From assembly GCF_030144855.1 (NCBI RefSeq), contig NC_082716.1, forward strand, positions 24,056,001 to 24,120,000: a stretch of DNA of 64,000 bases, read 5' to 3'. Origin of the DNA: Hypanus sabinus. Taxonomy: Eukaryota. The position numbers were made by a program, and so were the translations under genes. Shown piece after piece: positions 24,273-35,571 of this stretch (positions within the stretch are counted from its first letter, which is position 1; every line of letters starts with the position of its first letter). The notes beneath the pieces were generated by a model. It was given only the letters and a program-made list of their open reading frames with translations. It ran no database searches and had not been told where the DNA came from.

Positions 24273-26276
24273 CTAAAGGACTGAACATGTTATATTTGAA
24301 TGTGTGCAGTATGAGGTAGATCACCTTGTAGCGCAGTTAGAGATTGGCATTGTTATGTTGTGGGCATCACTGAGCCGTGACTGAAAGAAGATGATAATTG
24401 GGAGTTTAACATTCAAGGATACATACACATTGTATCAAAGGACAGCAGCTAGGCAGGTGGGGTGTGACTTTGATGATAAAAAATGAAATCAAATCCTTCG
24501 AAAGAGGTGACATGGGATTGGAAGATCTAGAATCATTGTGGGTAGAATTTAGGAACTGCAAAGAGTTGTATAGCAGCCTCCAGACAGGAGCCATGTTGTG
24601 GACAGCAAATTGCAATAGTCAATATAAAATGTATGTCAAGAGGGCAATGTTATGTTAGTCAGGGGGATTTCAGTATGCAGGCAAATTGGAAAAAATGGGT
24701 TGGTGCTGATTGTGGATCCCAAGAGAGAGAATTTGCAGAATGCCCACAAGATAGGTTTTTAGAGCAGCTTGTGGTTGAGTCCACTAGGAGATCAGTTATT
24801 CTGGATTTGGTGTTGTGTAATGAACTGTATTTGATTTGGGAGCTTAAGGAAAAGGAACTCTTAGGAGACAGTGATCATAACATAATAGAATTCACCCTGC
24901 CCTGAATTTGAGAGGAAGCAGCTAAAGTCAAATATATCAATATTACGGTGGAGTAAGGGGAATTACAGAGGCATGAGAGAGTTGCTGGCCAAGTTGATCT
25001 GCAGCAATGGTTGGAGTTTCTGGGAACAAGTTGAAAGGTACAGGATAGATACATCCAAAAGAAGGAAGTATTCTAAAGGCAAGATGAAGCAAAAGTGGCT
25101 GACAAGGGAAGTTAGAACCAGCATAAAAGCATATAATAATTAGTGGGAAGTTAAAGGATTGGGAAGCTTTTAAAACTCAACAGGAGGCAAGTAAAAGGCC
25201 ATAAGGAGAGAAAAGACGAAATATGAAGATAATCTAGCCAATAATATCAGAGAGGATACCAAAAGATTTTTCAGATATATGAAGAGTAAAAGAGAGGCAA
25301 GTGTAAATATTGGACCACTGGAATATAACATTGGAGAGATAGTAATAGGGGACAAGGAAATGGTGGACAACCTGAATAAGTATTTTGCATCAGTCTTCAC
25401 TGTGGATGACACTAGCAATAAGCCAGAAGTTCAAGAGTGTCAGGGGACAGAGGTGAGTGCAGTTGCTATTACTAGTGAGAACGTGTTTGGGTAACTGAAG
25501 GGTCTGAAGGTAGATACGTCACCTGGACCAGATGGACGATACCCCAGGGTTCTGAAAGAGGTGGCTGAAGTAAATGTAGAGGTTCTACTAATAATCTTTC
25601 AAGAATCAACAGACTCTAGTATAGTTCCAGAGTACCGGAAGATTGCAAATGTCACTCCACTCTTTAGGAAGGGAAGGAGGAAGAAGAAAGAAAATTATAG
25701 GTCTGACCACAGTGGTTGGAAGGATGTTGGAGTTGATTGTTAGGACGAGGTTTCGGGTACTTTGAGGCACAGGACAAAACAGACCAAAGTCAGCATGACT
25801 TCCTTAAGGGAAAATCTTGCCTGGCGAATCTGTTGGAATTCTTTGAGGAAATAACAGGTAGGATAGACAAAGGGGAATTGGTGGATGTTCTGTACTTGGA
25901 TTTTCAGAAGGCCTTTGACAAATTGCTGCATGAGGCTGCCAACAAGATAAGAGCCCATGACAGACATTAGCATGGATAGAAGATTGGCTGACCAGCAGGA
26001 GTCAAAGATTGCTCATCTTCCAACTGCTCCTATTCACTCATTGGCCAGGTAATCTTGTTTGCAGTTTAACCCCAGGTGAAAGCAAACAGAGACTCCACCC
26101 ATCTCCCTTCAGTTTTACATGCTTTTTTTTGCCTACTCCCCAGTTATGAAGAAGGCTCTGTAACTTGAAATATTAACTCTGGTTCTCTTCCGACATTTGC
26201 AATTTGACCCGATGATTATTCCCAGTGTTTACTGTTTGTTTTTATTTTAAATCAAAAGTGCACAATTTTCTCCTGT

Positions 26277-26485
26277 TGATGCACCATCAATAACTCACTC
26301 TGAGACGTGAAGGCGAGATATCGGCTTTTATTGACTGGAAGAAGGAACAAGCAGTGAGTGACCACCATACTACATCCTGGAGACTGAGAGGCCGGGCTCA
26401 GGCCTCAATCGCCTTTATACAGGGGTCTGTGGGCAGGAGCAGTCAGCAGGGGGCATGTCCAGACAGGTATATGTAGTTCACCACA
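26277..26485 (-). mobile_element. Solo LTR (209 bp, Gypsy/BEL-type) with 5-bp TSD CCTGT
   Basis: The minus strand starts TGTGGTGAAC and ends GGTGCATCA. TATAAA and AATAAA occur in order on the minus strand, and identical CCTGT flanks the element at 26272-26276 and 26486-26490. Confidence 0.88.
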
Positions 26486-26789
26486 CCTGTCTATCTGTCT
26501 GTGGAATTACTGTGAACTCTGAACTTTTCAAAGTTCTGAAAAACAGTCTTCCTCATCAAAGCCACCTTTCTATGAAAACTGATTACACAGGATTAATTGG
26601 ATTAAGAGGCATAGTCAAATGACAATTAAGCTGAAAAGAGACAATCACAAGGTTTGCATCAGCAATTGCAGAGGGCGCAGTGTGTTTTACTATAGAAAGG
26701 GGGTTCCATAGCAAATGTGAGCATTGTACCAGAACCACGGATATCATTGTGCAGCAACAGAACATTCTGTAATGTGGAGATGGGTAAAG

Positions 26790-27085
26790 TGGGATGCCAC
26801 AATGGCGTAATGGTTAGCACAACACTATTGCAGCTTGGGGTGTCGGAGCTCAGAGTTAAATTCCAATGCCATTTATAACTATGTTCCTCCCATGACCATG
26901 TGCGTTTCCTCTGGGTGCTCTGGTTTCAGCCCACATTCCAAAAATGCACCCAGTCAGTAGGTTAATTGGTCATTGTAAATTGTTCGGTGATTAGGTGAGG
27001 GTTAAATAGTTGGGTCACTCGCCTGGTGCCACAGCTCATTGGATCAGGAGGGCTTGTTCTGCACTGTATCTTTAAATTAAAAAAT
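26790..27085 (+). mobile_element. tRNA-derived V-SINE, near full length
   Basis: A-box TGGCGTAATGGTTAG, B-box-like GAGTTAAATTCC, V-domain GTTTCCTCTGGGTGCTCTGGTTTC...CCACATTCCAAA and CR1-like tail GGGCTTGTTCTGCACTGTATCT. Confidence 0.82.
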
Positions 27086-27714
27086 CATTGAACAGGCAGA
27101 CATTCTGGCTGCATCCATTCTAACAAAATATCAGGAAGGGAGATGGAATCCTGCGGGCAGATTTTAAGGAGTTAGGAATGAAATGAAAGCATGGTCTCCA
27201 AGGTAGTGACTTCCAGATTCAATATAATGCCAGCAGCCTGTGAATATAGAGATATAATAACATTCCTGAATGTTGGGCTGGAGAGGAGGTTTAGTTTCCC
27301 AGGACAGTGAAACCAGTTCCAGATAAGGTTGGACCTTTACCAGATAAGTAGGTCCTGGCCTTATTGAGACGCATTCTACTTGCCCTCAGGAAAGGTTGTG
27401 TGTGCTGCTCTTAAAAGTAGCTTGGCAGTCTGGTGGGGAGCTGAGGATCGATTCAGAAGGGAGAAAACTAACACTCGAATAGAAGGCAGAAACTTGGTGA
27501 TAGAAATGCAAAGTTAGAAAAATGAAGCTTAAAGTTAACAAAGCAGTCAAAGAGCTAGTGAATAAGAGATTTGAGTTCAGGGCATTGACAGGCATGTGTT
27601 ATTTCAGATACTTAAGGTAAATATAACTCCTATGTCTTATGGTCTTCTAGTCTTATGTTTTCAAAGAGTCTTGACTAAGTGCATACCCACAAAGAAACTT
27701 GGGACTGCCAAATC

Positions 27715-28050
27715 AAGATTGATTAATGTCTTTTTCAGTACGCAAGCGTAAAGGAGAACAAAATAATACTACTCCCACTCTGATGCAACCCATAAAAGCT
27801 GTGAGATAAATAACATAACTTTAAAAATACATAAATATGTAAGATAGTTCATATACATAGGCTGATTGTATGTCCATAAAGTGATGCTAGGCACAGGAGT
27901 GTCTGTATGTAAGTTGACTCTGATAGGAAATGATAAAGTAATGGTGGTAGGGGTTTGGAGGGGTGGCTTTGGGGGTAGAGGTGTTGATCAGCCTTGCTGT
28001 ATGGGGAAAGTAACATTTCTTGAGTTTGGTGTTCCTGGCCCTCCAGGAAT
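27715..28050 (-). mobile_element. Rex1-type 3' tail
   Basis: The tail starts CAAGATTGATTAATGTC and runs into GGGGAAAGTAACATTTCTTGAGTTTGGTG, the reverse complement of the Rex1 ORF end. Confidence 0.6.
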
Positions 28051-29224
28051 CTGGATTCCTTTGGATGACTAGAGTGTAGAATAAGGAAGCTTATGTCCGA
28101 TAACTTGAGATCAACGCAGTAGAATGCTTGTAAAATTTAGGAATTGCTGGTCTGAAACTGAAGGGGAAATTAGGAAAGGAAAGAAATGCATGTAAAAATA
28201 TGGGTAAGTAAAATCAATGGAAGTAGAAAATGGTTTATAAGTTCATAAAAAGTAAAGAGGAAAAAACAAAGAAAATGGTAACCAATAAGTCTTAATGGAC
28301 AAATAAATATTTAGGACCAGGATATCATACTGATCAAGTAGTGCTTCATCTTAGATGGTGTTAAGCTTCTTAAATGTTGTTGCCTTGGCGGGATATCCAT
28401 TCACTGAGATGTTTTTGCGGTCACAGTATTTGAGCTGAGGCAGAAACTTTTCATATTATTTTAATTTAGAAATATTTGAGTGTTTAAACATAGAAAACCT
28501 ACAGCACAATACAGGCCCTTTGGCCCATAAAGTTGTGCTGAACATGTCCCTACCTTACCCATAGCCCTCTATTTTTCTAAGCTCCTTCTAAGCAAATCAA
28601 TATTCCTATCAATGAAAACCATCATTACATGGAAATGGTATGAAGCTTCATCACAGTTGATGATGGTAAAATAAATACTTTAAACAGAGCTATTACACAT
28701 TCCTGGATATTCTAGAGTACAAACATGCACCACATTGTACTGAAATACATTTACATATGACCTGCAGATAAGTGTGGCAGTTACTTTGCAATTTATTGCC
28801 AAAGAGCAGTGAAATAAATAATCAGTTTCAAAAAGCCTATTGAGCTGAACATGGAGAATAACTTAGTTTCAAGCTCTTTCATTACCAAAAATTATTAAAC
28901 CAATGCTGATCGGGAGACCCTCCAGCAGCAAAATCCCATTGCACACAAGGCATTAAGCATAACACATACTACAGATGGTGAAGGAAATTGATTAAAGATG
29001 TGAGGGAGTTAGCGGGAAACACAAGTGTCACTTTTATTATTGGGATAGTAGTACTATAAGATTTGTGTCATGTGAACGATAGCTCTCTTAGTGCATATGA
29101 CAGCAACTTAAAGGGATGGAGTTGCAGTTTCCTTTTTGACAGAGAGGTACACTTTTTTGCTATGTTATTTTTAGCCTTTTCATAAGCAGCAGATAAAATT
29201 GTAATTTAACATGGAACACTACAA

Positions 29225-29370
29225 CTCTGATAGGTGTACAACATTATGGTATGTCAATTGGCCTTTGTAAGTTGTCCCGTGATTAGGCTAGGGTGATTAC
29301 TGGGCGACACAGCTTGAAGGGCTGGAAGGGTCTGTTTCATGCTGTATAGTAAATGAATGAATAAATAAAA
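29225..29370 (+). mobile_element. V-SINE 3' half
   Basis: AATTGGCCTTTGTAAGTTGTCCCGTGATTAGGCTAGGG...GGGCTGGAAGGGTCTGTTTCATGCTGTAT, homologous to 26960-27075. Confidence 0.7.
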
Positions 29371-29719
29371 TGTTGCAAGTTGTGCAGTAAGCATGATATT
29401 TAAAAGTGAATGATTAAATTGCTGTGTTGCATTCATTTCTAGTGTTATTCAAGATTTTATTCTAACTAGAGAAATTGTTAAATTGAACATGTTATTCATG
29501 TGACACAATCTTATTTTCAGTTCTATTGTATTAACTTTATTTTTACTTTTTTGACACTTAGCCAATTAATTGTTTTTCTGTAATCCTACTGAATATTGTT
29601 AGTGATAATAGTTCATTAATAATTAAAAGAGTGAGCTAGGAATATCTTTATCACAAGTTAGTATTTGAGAGGTGATAACTTCATGATTTAAACATACAAA
29701 AAATTATAAACATGATAAG

Positions 29720-30275
29720 GTCTGAAGATGTTGGAAATCCAAAGAAACACACACAAAATGCTGGAAGAACTCAGCAGGTCAGGATCCATCAATGAAAATG
29801 TCATTTTGGGCCGAGACACCCTTTCAAGAAGAAAGAGGGGAAGCCACCAGAATAAAAAGATGGAGCAAGAGGAAGGATGTTAGCTGGAAGGTGACGGGTG
29901 AGGCCGGGTGAGTGGGAAAGGTCAAGGGCTGGAGATGAAGGAATCTGATAGAAGGGGAGAGTGGGCCATAGCAGAAAGGAAAGGAGGAGATCCCAGGAGG
30001 AAGTGATAGCCAGGTGAGGAGCTGAAAGGACAGAGTCAGGAAGGAATTTTTTTAGCAGAATGAGTAATTGATATTCATGCCATCGGGGTTGGAGACTTCA
30101 CAGACAGAATACAGGGGGTTGCTCCTCCAACCTGAGGGTGGTCTCATTGTGGCACATGAGGAGGCCATGGACCATCCTGTCAGAACAGGAATGGGAATTA
30201 AAATATTTGGCCACTGTAAAGTTCTGCTTTTGGTGGGTGGAGCGGTCGTGATCGACCAAGTAGTCTCCCAATTTA
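29720..30275 (-). mobile_element. Penelope-like 3' end (GIY-YIG C-terminus, CT-rich UTR, terminal repeat)
   Basis: LRLEEQ and PDGMNI-type remnants on the minus strand. The terminus on the + strand is CTGAAGATGTTGGAAATCC...CAAAATGCTGGAAGAACTCAGCAGGTCAGG. Confidence 0.8.
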
Positions 30276-30904
30276 CTAAAGAATTATCATTATCACAAAC
30301 TAGAATATGAAAGGTGATTATTTGATGATTTAAACATACAGAATTATTTATGAGCCATTGATATGTTGCAAGAAATTTACTGAGCAATCCTTCATGCTTT
30401 TCTAAAGATGTCAATAATGGTAAATATACAGAATAAGATATGTATTATATATCAGAAACATATTATATGGATATAATTAATAGCTGTCACACAATGATGA
30501 AGACTGAATAATTTACAAACCTGTAGCCATTGCTGTAATATTCATGATGATAAATTCATTACTAGTCAATCCTCATTAGGTATTTTACAGTGTAAGTGGA
30601 GAAAACACTGTTTTAGAAGTGTGCATAATCTGAATCGTCTTAATCAATGGCCCTCTAATTGTAAGTTAATGTTGGCAGTATTTCAGTAAATAGAACAGCT
30701 GCATGAATTGTAGGAATATTGCCAACAGATGACTAGACAAGAAGTTGTTTTGCACCAAGAATACTAAGCTGCCAGAAACCATTGCAGATTTGCATAATTA
30801 AACATTTTATCAGAGTTTCTAAGTATTCAGATTGTGGTTGTTAGGTGGCACAGGACAAATTTAACAATGAAACATAGCCTGAAAATTATTAGATTTCAAA
30901 TCAA

Positions 30905-31412
30905 AAACAAAGTTCAAAGTAAAATTTATTAACAGAGTGCATATACGTCGCCACATTCTTTTTCTTGCAGGCTTACTGGGAAAATCCAAGGAACAGTAAC
31001 TGTAAACAGGATCAATGAACAACAAACTATGCAAATGCAAATATAAATAAATAGCAATAAATAATAAGAGCATGAAATTACAAGATAAAGAGTCTTTAAA
31101 GTGACACCATCAGTTGTGGGAACATTAGAAACAGAATGAGTGTATTTATCCCATTTTGTTCAAGAGCCTGATAGTTGAGGGGTAGTAACTGTTCTTGAAC
31201 CTGGTGGTGTGAGCCCTGAGGCTCATGTGTATCTTATTCCTGATGGCAACAGTGAGAAAAGAGTGTGACTTGGGTGGTGAGGATATTTGATGATGGACAT
31301 TGTGTTTCTATGGCAACATTTCATGTAGATGTGCTCAATGGTTGGGAGGGCTTTACCCTTGATGTTCTGAGCTGAATCCACTAATTTTTGTAGGATTTTC
31401 ATCCCAAAAAAC
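30905..31412 (-). mobile_element. Rex1/Babar 3' end
   Basis: ORF 31223-31414 contains KILQKLVDSAQ...HHPSHTLFSLLPSG. The tail on the + strand is AAGTTCAAAGTAAAATTTATT. Confidence 0.82.
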
Positions 31413-31423
31413 AATCATGAAAT

Positions 31424-31910
31424 TGTGGTTGTGGCAGGGGAAACTGTGGAATAGCTGGATTGTGGAACATATATATTTGTTACATATAATTACAAATTAC
31501 ATATCGTTTTTCTTGCAGTTTAACATTCCTGTGCTTGTTTGTGTTAGTATATAATCACCTGTATACATGCAAATACTCAGTGAGTTTTTCAGTTGACCCT
31601 TTATTTTTCTGGAAACTTTTTGTTTCCGGTTGCGGTTGTCACACTCCATGAATCTGGTTATTTAATTGGTTAACTGTCACCTGTTGGAATTTCAATGGAA
31701 CCAATGGCCTGGTATATGAAGGCCGGACCACCTCTGTTTGCTCTCTTTTGCCCTTGTCTCCTCTCTTTCCCTTTGTTTCTCATCATACTTATTTTTCCCT
31801 TCTGCTCTTTGTCCTTGTAACACTTAATAGAATGGTTGTAAGCAACATTTAGTGCCTCATTCTTAACTTCCAAAAGAATCTTTGGATCACAGAAGCATCA
31901 GGGTCCAACA
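31424..31910 (+). mobile_element. Putative solo LTR (ERV-like)
   Basis: Begins TGTGG and ends CCAACA, with TATA-like GTATATGAAG, a CT-rich R-like tract and a poly(A)-signal-like TAATAGA. A clear paralogue lies at 58360-58755. No convincing TSD. Confidence 0.55.
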
Positions 31911-32420
31911 GAACGATAGGCTTAGGAAGCATTTGTTTTCATCCTTCCACTCTAACATGACATAGACAAAGGACATAATTTATTTTCAATAACATACTTC
32001 CATTTGGTTCATAGAGCACATCAGGTAACTGTCATAGACAGATGATACACAATTTACAAAACAGTTTGGTATTCCAGGTATTTTCATGTCTTGATTAAAA
32101 TTCAATCAGCTAATCTCACCGAGAGAAAAAAAAATACTCTGAAATCAATAGGCAAGTTACAAAATGGCTTGAAATACAGGAATTCTGTGCAATAAGTGAG
32201 GAACAAAAGCAAAGGTTTTCAAATATGCAGGGAAATTACAGCCAGTCAACATTAGAAATACAAACTGTTTGCCTGTTGGAAGTGATGGCATGCATCAACC
32301 CATAGAGTGTGAGATCTGTGGAGCATTGTTGCAGCTTTACCCAACACCTGTCGTATGTTCACAGTTGTAGTTCTGCTCCATAAACAAGACATGTTCCTTG
32401 TAAATCAAAGTCGTCCAAAA

Positions 32421-32630
32421 ATGAGAAAATCTGCAGATGCTGGAAATCCAAATGCTAGAGGAATTCAATAAGTCAGGTCACATCTATGGAGAGGAGTAAA
32501 TAGTCGACGTTTCAGGCCAAGACCCTTCTTCAGAACTGAGGAGGGTCTTGACCTGAAACATTGACTGTTAACTCATTTCCACAGATGCTGTCTGACCTCC
32601 TGAGTTCCTCCAGCATTTTGTGTGTATTGT
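32421..32630. mobile_element. Fold-back (inverted pair) of Penelope terminal repeats with a hammerhead motif on each strand
   Basis: The left arm, ...CATCTATGGA...AGTCGACGTTTCAGGCCAAGACCCTTCTTCAG, is the imperfect reverse complement of the right arm, CTGAGGAGGGTCTTGACCTGAAACATTGACT...TCCACAGATG.... The centre is CAGAACTG. Confidence 0.85.
32501..32538 (-). ncRNA. Minimal type I hammerhead ribozyme, intact core
   Basis: The minus strand reads cagtt-CTGAAGA-agggtcttggcct-GAAA-cGTC-gacta. It has CUGANGA, GAAA, a GUC cleavage triplet, a 4-bp stem I (agtt/gact) and a loop-less palindromic helix III (ACGU). Confidence 0.65.
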
Positions 32631-33390
32631 CAAGAAAGTACATCTTTAATACTCTGCATGCTATATCTGAAAACATTAAGTTTTCATTAAGAAATAAAAT
32701 ATTCAGGACTGGAAACATGAGCTAAAATCTTCCCCAGATATATTTATGCATAAGGAATGCCTGATGTTTCTTTTGTATAGCTTTAATTTGTATTAAAGGA
32801 AAACATCTCCCAAGGATCTAGTTAGAAAAGGTATTTTCTATTTTTTTCCACATATTAAACACGACACTGGCAATGTATTTTATAATGTCAAGCGCGTATA
32901 TTGCTTTTAAGAATGCAGCTTTCCAAATGCAGATATTAACCAACTACATTTATTTGTGGATACGTAATAAAACATTCTGATCCATGATATGACTGAATAA
33001 CTTGGGAACATTAATAGTGAAAACACAGGCAGCAATGAATGACTGCAGACATATGGGTATTATTGTTTTCATTTCCAATATAATTGCCATTTATGATAGA
33101 AATTGAAAGTTGATGTATTTGCCTGGAGTTTGATTTTAGTCATCAAAAATACACGATCTTATCAAACAATGACAACAAGAAAAATAACATCCTGAACAGA
33201 ACTAAAATTTTAAAAAATCATGCCCCAAATATAATTTATAAATTAAAATGCATCTAGTTTTCCAATTTAACTGCTTACACGGAGTGTTGAACGTAGAAAG
33301 CGCAGCACAGGAATAGGCTTTGTCCCATTATGTCCGCACCAAGCACAATGCAAATTAAACTACATCCCGTGAGCCATTCCAGACACCTAC

Positions 33391-33431
33391 CACTCCCTGA
33401 CGAAGGGTCTCAGCCCGAAACGTCGACAGTG
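33391..33431 (+). ncRNA. Minimal type I hammerhead ribozyme core
   Basis: CTGACGA at 33397-33403, then aGGGtctcagCCC, GAAA at 33417-33420 and cGTC, with predicted cleavage after 33424. Stem I is only partly paired because the 5' strand comes from the flank. Confidence 0.6.
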
Positions 33432-33534
33432 CTTCTCCTTATAGATGCTGCCTGGCCTGCTGTGTTCCACCAGCATTTTGTGTGTGTTGTTTGAATTTCC
33501 AGCATCTGCAGATTTCCTCGTGTTTGCTCTTTAA
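33397..33534 (+). mobile_element. Solo Penelope terminal repeat inserted in a CR1 tail, with an approximately 15-bp TSD
   Basis: Flanked by ACCTACCACTCCCTG (33385-33399) and ACCTACCAGTCCCTG (33535-33549), with one mismatch. Confidence 0.85.
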
Positions 33535-33769
33535 ACCTACCAGTCCCTGTGTATTTAAAAAAAAACTTGCCCAACACATCTCCTTTAAACATGCTCCTTT
33601 TCACATTAAATGCATGCTGTAAACAAATGCACTGCCAATGAAATTGTTATCTGTTCTGAGGAAAAAACAAGAAATGTTTTGAACTTTATGATCAGCTGTA
33701 ACAAGGACAAACTGGCTGTCAAACCGCTCCTGCATTATGTTTATTCCACTTTTTAAGGGTGACCTCTAT

Positions 33770-34455
33770 ATACCATAGACAATCAGACCATAAAACATAG
33801 GAGCAGAATTAGGGAAATAGGTCATTTGAGTCTGCTGCACCATTCAATCATGGCTGATCCTTTTTTCCCCTCCAACCCTATTCCCTGGCCTTCTCCCTGT
33901 AACCTTCGATGCCTCGTCCAATCAAGAACCTATCAAGCTCTGCCTTAAGTACATCCAGCGATCTGGCCTCCACAACTGCCTGTGGTAATAAATTCCACAA
34001 ATTCACCAGCCTCTGGCTAAAGAAATTTTCCCACATCTCTGACTTAAATGGACACCCCTCTATCCAGAAGCTGTGCCCTCTTGTCCAAGACTTCCCCACC
34101 ATGGGAAACATCCTTTCCACATCTACTCTGACTAGGCCTTTCAACACTCAAAAGGTTTCAATGAGATCCCCCCTCATCTTTCTAAATTCCAGCAAGTGCA
34201 GACCCAGATCCATTATAAGTTCCTCATATGATAACCCTTTCATTCCCAGATTCATCCTTGTGAACCACCTCTGGACCCTCTCCAATGCCAGAACATCTTT
34301 TCTTAGATAAGGAGCCCAAAATTGTTCACAATACTCATGGTGAAGCTTTACCAGTGCCTTATAAAGCCTCAGCATCACATCCCTGCTCTTGTATTCTAGA
34401 CCATTTGAAATGAATGTGAACATTGCATTTGCTTTCCTCACCACTGACTCAAGAT
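33770..34455 (-). mobile_element. CR1 3' end
   Basis: ORFs 34148-34501 and 33878-34147 contain LYKALV...EYCEQFWAPYLRKDVLALERVQR and TRGHS...FFSQR. The tail on the + strand is GACCATAAAACATAGGAGCAG. Confidence 0.9.
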
Positions 34456-35571
34456 GCGTTAATTGATAACTATTCATAATTTCCCAATCCAGATCATTCA
34501 TTGCCGACCAGACAATAATAAACAGCCAGAAGTTAATTTGGACTTTGCCTAAAATATGTAACTACAATTTCTTTCTACAGATGCTGATTGACCTTTAGAG
34601 TGTATCAAATCATTTCAGTGTTTATTTCAGATTTCCAGCATCTGCTGATTTTTGCTTTCCAGGCATATTGTTTTTCCACGGTTTGGTGCCTTAACATATT
34701 CAGATGTTTCAATGCCAACATTGCCACTCTGAGGGAGAAATAAAAAGTAGGGGATCATCAGCTTAAACAACAAAATAGTGGGTGCACCATCTCCTAAAAA
34801 GGCAGCAGAACAGAAATGTCATCTTCATGGAGAATGAACTAGAGTGTCATCTCAGCAACAACCTCCAGAATGATGAATACCTTCTGCTTACTCAAATATA
34901 GAACCTTCATGTTACAGTCACAAGAAACAGCTTATGAATTTATGGATGAGGGCAAGGAGGACTTCTACTCCAATCATCTTGTGGTGGGTAGGAGGGAAAA
35001 TATTGGTTGGCATCACAGAAAGAGACAAGCTTTTCTTCCTAAACAATTTTAACATGAGGGTGGAAATAATGCAACCTTCTGGCAAGGCATGATTGGCAAG
35101 GGAAAATTAACGAAGATGTATTCCAGGGGGGTCCTTCTGGCAAAATGCTTGGAGGACATTCTTGTACATGCTGGTGAGGGGGACAAGAATATGTGCTTAT
35201 GATGACATGTAATGACACCTATCGGGTTATACCATCATCCACTCACAAACACAACCACCAAAATATAGTTCCCAGAAGAAGTATACAAGCCTCCACTGAC
35301 ATCCTGAACCTTCAAAAACCACTCTTCGCAAATGGTGGCCCTGCCTCACCAAGTTAACACACACAGCTTAATCTCTCACATAAACATACATGCACACACA
35401 CACCACACCACTTTTATATTAGCCCGTTCAGCCCTCTGCCATGTTCGTAATACCTCCCAATCCCGTAGCCACTGACCTGAACAGGTCCAAGTGTGGGCTC
35501 TCATTTTAAAAATATTTACACACTTAGACTGCTGAGATTGCTGGCGTCAAGGTGGTCCGTAAAAGGATAAA

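Larger units (their letters stand above)
22230..26010 (+). mobile_element. CR1 LINE retaining 5' UTR, ORF1 (SGNH esterase) and ORF2 APE/RT; 3'-truncated and degenerate
   Basis: ORF1 remnants are VIGDSIIRG (about 23135), VFCFPHTRVRD and LVHIGTSD. ORF2 remnants are ESLWVE, ILDLVLCN, LGDSDHNII, LNKYFASVFT, SPGPDG, ANVTPLFRKG, SCLANLLEFFEE and LYLDFQKAFDK. Confidence 0.88.

Noticed and set aside
26800-26870. tRNA gene
   Set aside because: The A and B boxes belong to a SINE head, there is no cloverleaf, and it continues into a V-domain body.
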